The position numbers and the translations under genes are program-made. From NCBI RefSeq assembly GCF_009914755.1, contig NC_060929.1: a stretch of 64,000 nucleotides of DNA; one strand, given 5' to 3'. Shown here in pieces: positions 58,522-64,000 of this stretch (its first letter is position 1; each line of letters opens with the position of its first letter). The notes beneath the pieces are model-generated. The model saw only the letters and a list, made by a program, of their open reading frames with translations. It searched no databases and had not been told where the DNA came from. Source of the stretch: the human T2T-CHM13v2.0 reference genome, Homo sapiens.

Positions 58522-59437
58522 TTGCTATGTTTTAGCAAAGAGACTGGCGGCATTTTGCCCATGGCCTAGAGATTTGTGGAACTTTGAACTTGAGAGAGAT
58601 GATTTAGGATATCTGGTGGAAGAAATTTCTAAGCAGCAAAGCAATCAAGAGTTGACTTGGGTGCTGTTAAAGGCATTTGGTTTTATCAAAGGACCAGACT
58701 TTATAAAACTTTAGAAAATTTGCAGTGATACAATGCAATAGAAAAAAAATCCCATTTTCTGGGGAGAAATTTAAACCAGCTGCAGAAATTTGCATATGTC
58801 ACAAGGAGTCAAATATGAATCCCCAAGACAATGGGGAAAATGTTTCCAGGGCATGTCAGAGGTCTTCACTGCAGCCCCTCCCATCACAGGCCTGAAGGCC
58901 TAGGAGGAATAAGTGGTTTTGTGGGCCAGGCCCAGGGTCCCTGTGCTGTGTGCAGCCTACAGACTAAATGCCCTGAGTCCCAACTGCTCCAGCCATGGCT
59001 GAAAGGGGCCAATATAGAGCTTGGGCTGTGGCTTCAGACAGTGCAAGTCTCAAGCCTTGGCAGCTTTGGGAACCTCTGCCTAGATTTCAGAGGATATTTG
59101 GAAATGTCTGAATGCCCAGGCAGAAGTTTGCTGCAGAGGTTTCCATACATCCTCTGAAATCTAGGCAGAGGTTCCCAAAGCTCAATTCTTGACTTTTCTG
59201 CACTGGCAGGCTCAAAACCACATGGAAGTTGCCAAGGCTTGAGGCTTGCTAGGGCAATGTGGAAGGAAAATGTGGGGTCAGGGCCCCACACAGAGTACCT
59301 ACTGGGACACTGCCTAGTGGAACTGTGAGAAGAGGGCCACCATCCTCCAGACACCAGAATAAAAGATCCACTGACAGCTTACACATGAGCCTGGAAAAAC
59401 TGCAGACACTCAATGACAGCCCGTGAAGGCAGCTGGG
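58522..59437 (+). mobile_element. THE1/MST (MaLR) internal-region fragment with no flanking LTRs
   Basis: ttttagcaaagagactggcggcattttgccc..gagatttgtggaactttgaacttgagagagatgatttagg..gaagaaatttctaagcagcaaagc, cactgcctagtggaactgtgagaagagggccacc. Confidence 0.9.
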
Positions 59438-59440
59438 CTC

Positions 59441-59512
59441 TTAATCTGATAGGTTTTCCTTTATATGTTACCTGATGCTTTTGCCTCATAGCTCTTAAGT
59501 TTCTTTGCTTTG
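59441..59512 (-). mobile_element. Short L1 (L1PB/L1MA-like) internal fragment
   Basis: ttaatctgataggttttcctttatatgttacctgatgcttttgcctcatagctcttaag matches recalled antisense L1 sequence. Confidence 0.6.
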
Positions 59513-61744
59513 CCTGACCACATTTTTAACTTTTCTTACCAAATCCTGGCTAAAAAAAAATTACAGCCTGAAAACATTTCTATGAAAAAATAGGGGTAAG
59601 GGAAGAGTTCTAACAAGAACTTTTATCTCCTGAACTCGCCTATCTTTTCATCATAATCTTTCTGAGAACATTGTAACTCACGGCACATTTTATGAGAGTA
59701 AGGGTAGAGGTAGTATGTATGTGCAGATTAAAGATTAAAAAAAACAATATGTTTGTCTACCCTCTGGCCCCAAATCAAATACCCTCATATGTCAGACTTT
59801 GGGAGCATCCTGTATAATCCTCCTGTTGCTCCCAAAGAATACTTATGCCCTCACCATCATTAGCTCAGTGTTGATGTTTTATATTATTTTATCCTGTATG
59901 TATGTTTTCCTAAATTTATAACCATATGAATTCACCTTAATATAGATGACATACTATTTTATCTATGCTTTTTTGGCCTTTCTTTTCATCACCTGCATGT
60001 GGCAATGCATCCACAGTGACATATGCAGCAATAATTCATTTATGAATATGTCAAAATTAATTCATCCCTTTGTATGTTAATGGTCATTTGGGTCATTTCT
60101 ACTTTTTTCCTCCCACTTAAAATAATGCTGTAAACTTTCTTGTATATGCTTCCTGGTGAGTGTATGAGTAATTTCATTACTGGATAGCATGGGATCTATT
60201 AATTCAACTTTACCAAATAATCCTAAATTGTTCCCACAGGAGTACCTGAGAGCCTCCACTGCCCAACATCTTTAGTATTATTTGTCATAATCAATTTCTA
60301 AAATGTATATATTAGTGAGAAACATTATTGTCAAACCATGTCATGTTTTTAATTTGCATTTCCTTAATTATCAATGTCATTTCTTTGTAAGTATAATTAC
60401 TATGTAACACATTAGGCAAAGAATTACTGAGCATACTACTGAATCCTGAGTCAAAAAAGTTTACTGCAATTGTATCATGTTTTCATGAAAGATGGGATGG
60501 TCAAAACGTCATCTGAATTTGTCAAACTAGAGGCAAAGGAGCTGGGGGTTTGTACTCTTGAATGTGGTTATGGACTTTGGCCAGCACTATAGGGGGATTG
60601 ATATAAACCCTCACATGTTTCTGGCTCTCTATTCAGGCAATGAAACCCCTGCTGCTAAAGGGTCATCTACCATAGAAGAGTAACAACTGGGCCAGTAGAG
60701 AGAAAAGCGCACTTTGAAGCAAGCAGAGAGGTACGCAGAAATAGTAACAAATTTCAGGGCACTCATCTACACAGAGTACCAACAGCATCCTCTCTAGGAG
60801 AATCTTGGTAGTTTGGTAAACGGAAAAGGGGTTCTTACCAAAGTGTTCAACTTAGAAGGATTTCTCAATAGCTATCTTTAAGGACTGTTCTATACCCAGT
60901 TGTCAGCAATGTGTTGACCAGTCACATCAGTGAAGACATAGAAACTATGTATATCAGATATGAAGATAATTTCAAACTAGGAAAATAACAAACACAAAAT
61001 GAGTCAAATTAAGTTTTAAAATGCTGTTAATAGGCATGATTAGCAGACATGAAGAAGACAAATTTAAAATATTTTATTTATATTTTAAAATTCACTTATT
61101 TACATACAGAAAAGAGAACCAATTTAGAAATTGATAGTTTTTTATTGACCACATGCCTAGGTAAGTTAACGACTATGGTGAATTTGCTAAAATAAGATAA
61201 TGAAATAACATAATCCTTTAATGGAAGGAAACCGTCTTAATCAATTTAGATATGTTCTGTTTGTAACACATGTAGAGGTTATTTGCCTTGGAATGCCATG
61301 ATTTTTAAGAGATAATGTAAAACAAAAGTCAGAACAAAAAGGAACATGAGGATGAAGATGGGATTTTGAAAGGAGAATAAAAGTCACAGATCTGGGGGAT
61401 ATTGAATCTGGAAAAGAGATTTTTAAGAAAGAACACTCATCCATAGTTTCCTAAAACTTTTCACAGGCTTTTTTCTTAAAATGAAATCAATAAAGATAAT
61501 ATAGTGTCTTCATTGTGAAATTTAACAAGTATAATAAATCAAACACCCTATGCAACTAATTTATTATTCATGAAATAAACTATGATTAGCTCCTATAAAA
61601 GAAACAAATGTATCTCTTCCCAATCAGAATTGCCTCTTTCTGAATAAAGTGAATCTTAGTATTTACTTTTTCCCCCTGGTTCTGCACTAATGTATCCATC
61701 AAACTATTATCTAGTTGCTTTTTTTTGCTTTTGAATTTTTTTAA

Positions 61745-62131
<387 letters not shown>

Positions 62132-63524
62132 TAGTGAAACTATAATTTATTCATTTTTATTGTTTGCCATTTAAAAAATATAACACAATTTAACTATGTA
62201 TATTACTATGGATTAGCATTTGAGTTGTTTTGAATTTTTTTGTGTGTTACAAACAATGCTGCAATTGATATTTCTGTGCATATGTGCATTGAATTCTTTA
62301 GCATATATTTCTAGAAATAGTAATGGCAGGTCATCTCACTTTGGTTTTCTGCTGGCTGTGATATTTCTCTTAGCTCATTTCTTCCTTCTTTTTATGTTCT
62401 GATTACTTTTTGTCATTCCATCCTTTCTTTCTCTATAAGTTATAGGCTCTTACTATCTATTGAAATAGGTAGCCTAAAAATAAAATACATATACTGAACT
62501 TATCATAGCTTACTGTGTTCATCGTCATTTTTACCCTTCTGACAGGCATCACAAATTACCTTGAACTCTTTAACACCATTTCTTTCACTCTTTTGCCTTA
62601 CAAGATACTGCCATAATATTTATCTTAAAAAAATTTACTACTAAAAAAAACCTTGTAAGGATAAATTATTACTGTTTAATAAGCTAGCTTTCAGTTCAGT
62701 TACATTTATCACTCACTTCCTTTAAACATCTTAGACCTCTCTCCTATTCAGTATAATTTTACTTGCCTAAATTATTTTCAAAAGTTAGAATCTTCTGGTA
62801 GAATATACTTCTGTTATTGTTTTTTCTGAAAGTAACGTTGTTTTTGAAAGAGTTTGACATGTACGGAATTCTACATTAGAGAATATTTTCTTCCAGCACC
62901 CTGCCTATTTAATTCCACTATGTCTTCCATTGTTGCTGCTGGGGTGTAAAAGATCAGCGTAACCGCCACTTGCTTGAAGAAACTCTCTTTTCTTGCTATT
63001 TAAAAGATTTTCTTTTTGTCTTTGATTTCCTGCAGTTTCACAATGATTTCTTTAGGCATAGAGCTCTTTTTTTTACCTATACTGTTTGAGATTTGTGGAG
63101 CTTCACGAATCTATGGATCTGTATCTTTAAACACTTCAGGACAATTTTTAGTAATGATATTGTAAACACTGCCTGTGCCTTATTCTTCCCTCCTCTTATC
63201 TTCTTCGGGAAAATCCCCTCCCTACTCAAATCACATGTTACATATTCTCATTCTAATCTCTATGTCTCTTAACTTTGTCAACATTCAATGTTTTTGTCTC
63301 TCTGTGTTCATTTTTGATACTTTCTTCTGAAGGATCTTTCAGTTTACCAACTGTCTTGTCAATCAGGAAAAACCTGCCCTTAAACCCGTCCAGTGACATT
63401 TTACTACATTTTTTTTTTAAAGTTTAATTTTGTTATTTTCAGAGCTGCTTTTTTACTTTTTTGGAGCTTTATGGTTTCTAGGTCGTTCTTTCAAAATTGC
63501 CCTTAGAATTATTTATTTTAAAAC

Positions 63525-64000
63525 TTGATCTTTTGGCTTAAGATTGACTTGGCAATAGGAACAATTTTACACTGTTGGTGGGACTGTTAACTAGTTCAAC
63601 CATTGTGGAAGACAGTGTGGCGATTCCTCAGGGATCTAGAACTAGAAATACCATGTGACTCAGCAATCCCATTACTGGGTATATACCCAAAGGAATATAT
63701 ATCATGCTGCTATAAAGACACATGCACACGTATGTTTATTGTGGCACTATTCAGAATAGCAAAGACTTGGAACCAACCCAAATGTCCAACAATGATAGAC
63801 TGGATTAAGAAAATGTGGCACATATATACCATGGAATACTATGCAGCCATAAAAAATGATGAGTTCATGTCCTTTGTAGGGACATGGATGAAGCTGGAAA
63901 CCATCATTCTCAGCAAACTCGCAAGGACAAAAAACCAAACACCGCATGCTCTCACTCACAGGTGGGAATTGAACAATGAGAACACTTGGACACGGGAAGG
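63525..64000 (+). mobile_element. L1PA 3' portion with a short 5' inversion; runs off the window end
   Basis: Sense L1 from about 63554 (aataggaacaattttacactgttggtgggactg..aagacttggaaccaacccaaatgtcc). Antisense L1 ORF2 snippet at 63525-63556. Confidence 0.94.

Noticed and set aside
59517-59537. Possible TSD partner (acatttttaacttttctt) for the GCNT1 tail flank (acataccctaattttctt)
   Set aside because: Too many mismatches in low-complexity sequence to accept.

Overview
AT-rich primate genomic DNA, most likely human because one Alu carries all five AluYa5 diagnostic bases. I found no intact protein-coding gene. The supplied ORFs are almost all translations of repeats or chance ORFs. The one gene-derived feature is a disabled, 5'-truncated minus-strand copy of GCNT1 (core 2 beta-1,6-GlcNAc-transferase; C-terminal half of the CDS plus 3'UTR and an A-rich tail, about 57299-58510). 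It abuts an LTR-less THE1/MST internal fragment with an internal inverted duplication, followed by a short L1 piece. The rest is interspersed repeats: an ERVL 5' LTR with gag/pro/RT remnants, a near full-length Tigger1 with three nested insertions, about 16 Alu-family elements (14 minus, 2 plus), L1/L2/MIR pieces, solo LTRs and MER DNA transposons. Repeat family names come from recalled consensus sequences, so subfamily calls and some boundaries are approximate. I see no evidence of a new biological system. The findings are structural oddities and weak splice-site candidates.
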